Source: Octopus sinensis (taxonomy: Eukaryota). From it: 64,000 nt of DNA. Below, one piece after another: positions 63,605 through 64,000 of this stretch. The notes under the pieces were generated by a model, which saw nothing but the letters and a program-made list of their open reading frames with translations, ran no database searches and was not told where the DNA came from. The DNA is taken from NCBI RefSeq assembly GCF_006345805.1, contig NC_043013.1, forward strand, positions 49,972,001-50,036,000, in the 5' to 3' direction. The stretch's first letter is position 1. Each line of letters opens with the position of its first letter. The position numbers were made by a program, and so were the translations under genes.

Positions 63605-64000
63605 TCCAAGATATTTAATTTACAATGCACATGATATTAAAACAGAATGCACCTGTCAGCTTTTCAACCAGTAGATTAATGTTAAGTTACTGTTGCAATG
63701 CCATAACATAGAGTAGTACGAGTTGAAAACCAAGAAAGTCTGTTGTTAAAGTGAGTAACTGTAGAGTAAATTTAACTACAAGAGACATAACTAAAGATGT
63801 AGTGATTTTAGAATTAATGGTCAGAACTACCAGAAGTTAGCTCAAGAATAATAGATTATGCGTAGCTTTTCCTTCTTTGGTCACTAAACTTTGCTTGCGA
63901 AGACCTGTTGAGGCAAGTGAAATCAAAATCAAAATCATTTCGATGACTGGCATCCGTGCTAGCGGGGTGCAAAGAGCACCATACGAGTGTGATCGTTGAC

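Overview
AT-rich, repeat-dense eukaryotic genomic DNA. The microsatellite load and SINE/RTE/Penelope repertoire suggest an octopus or other coleoid cephalopod; this is inference, not verified. The window is dominated by one large + strand gene. I assembled 14 phase-compatible GT-AG coding exons from 15658 to 62940 (1403 codons from the ATG at 15669; the gene continues past the window and probably has an upstream exon). It encodes three N-terminal LOTUS/OST-HTH-like domains, further degenerate HTH-like repeats, an acidic linker and the start of a sacsin/NO VEIN (NOV)-type GHKL ATPase (ELIQNADDN ... GQKGIGFKSVF). Introns and upstream DNA hold many transposon remnants: Penelope-like elements (one canonical minimal hammerhead ribozyme and two variant cores), RTE LINE fragments and about 18 RTE 3'-tail copies, a jockey/CR1-group LINE, two tRNA-type SINE families, Helitron-like elements, a full-length Chapaev3-like transposon with TIRs and TSD, a broken hAT, a deleted mariner and TTAA MITEs. 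Most short ORFs in the track are microsatellite or repeat artefacts. Exon boundaries were counted by hand from the sequence; repeat boundaries are approximate.
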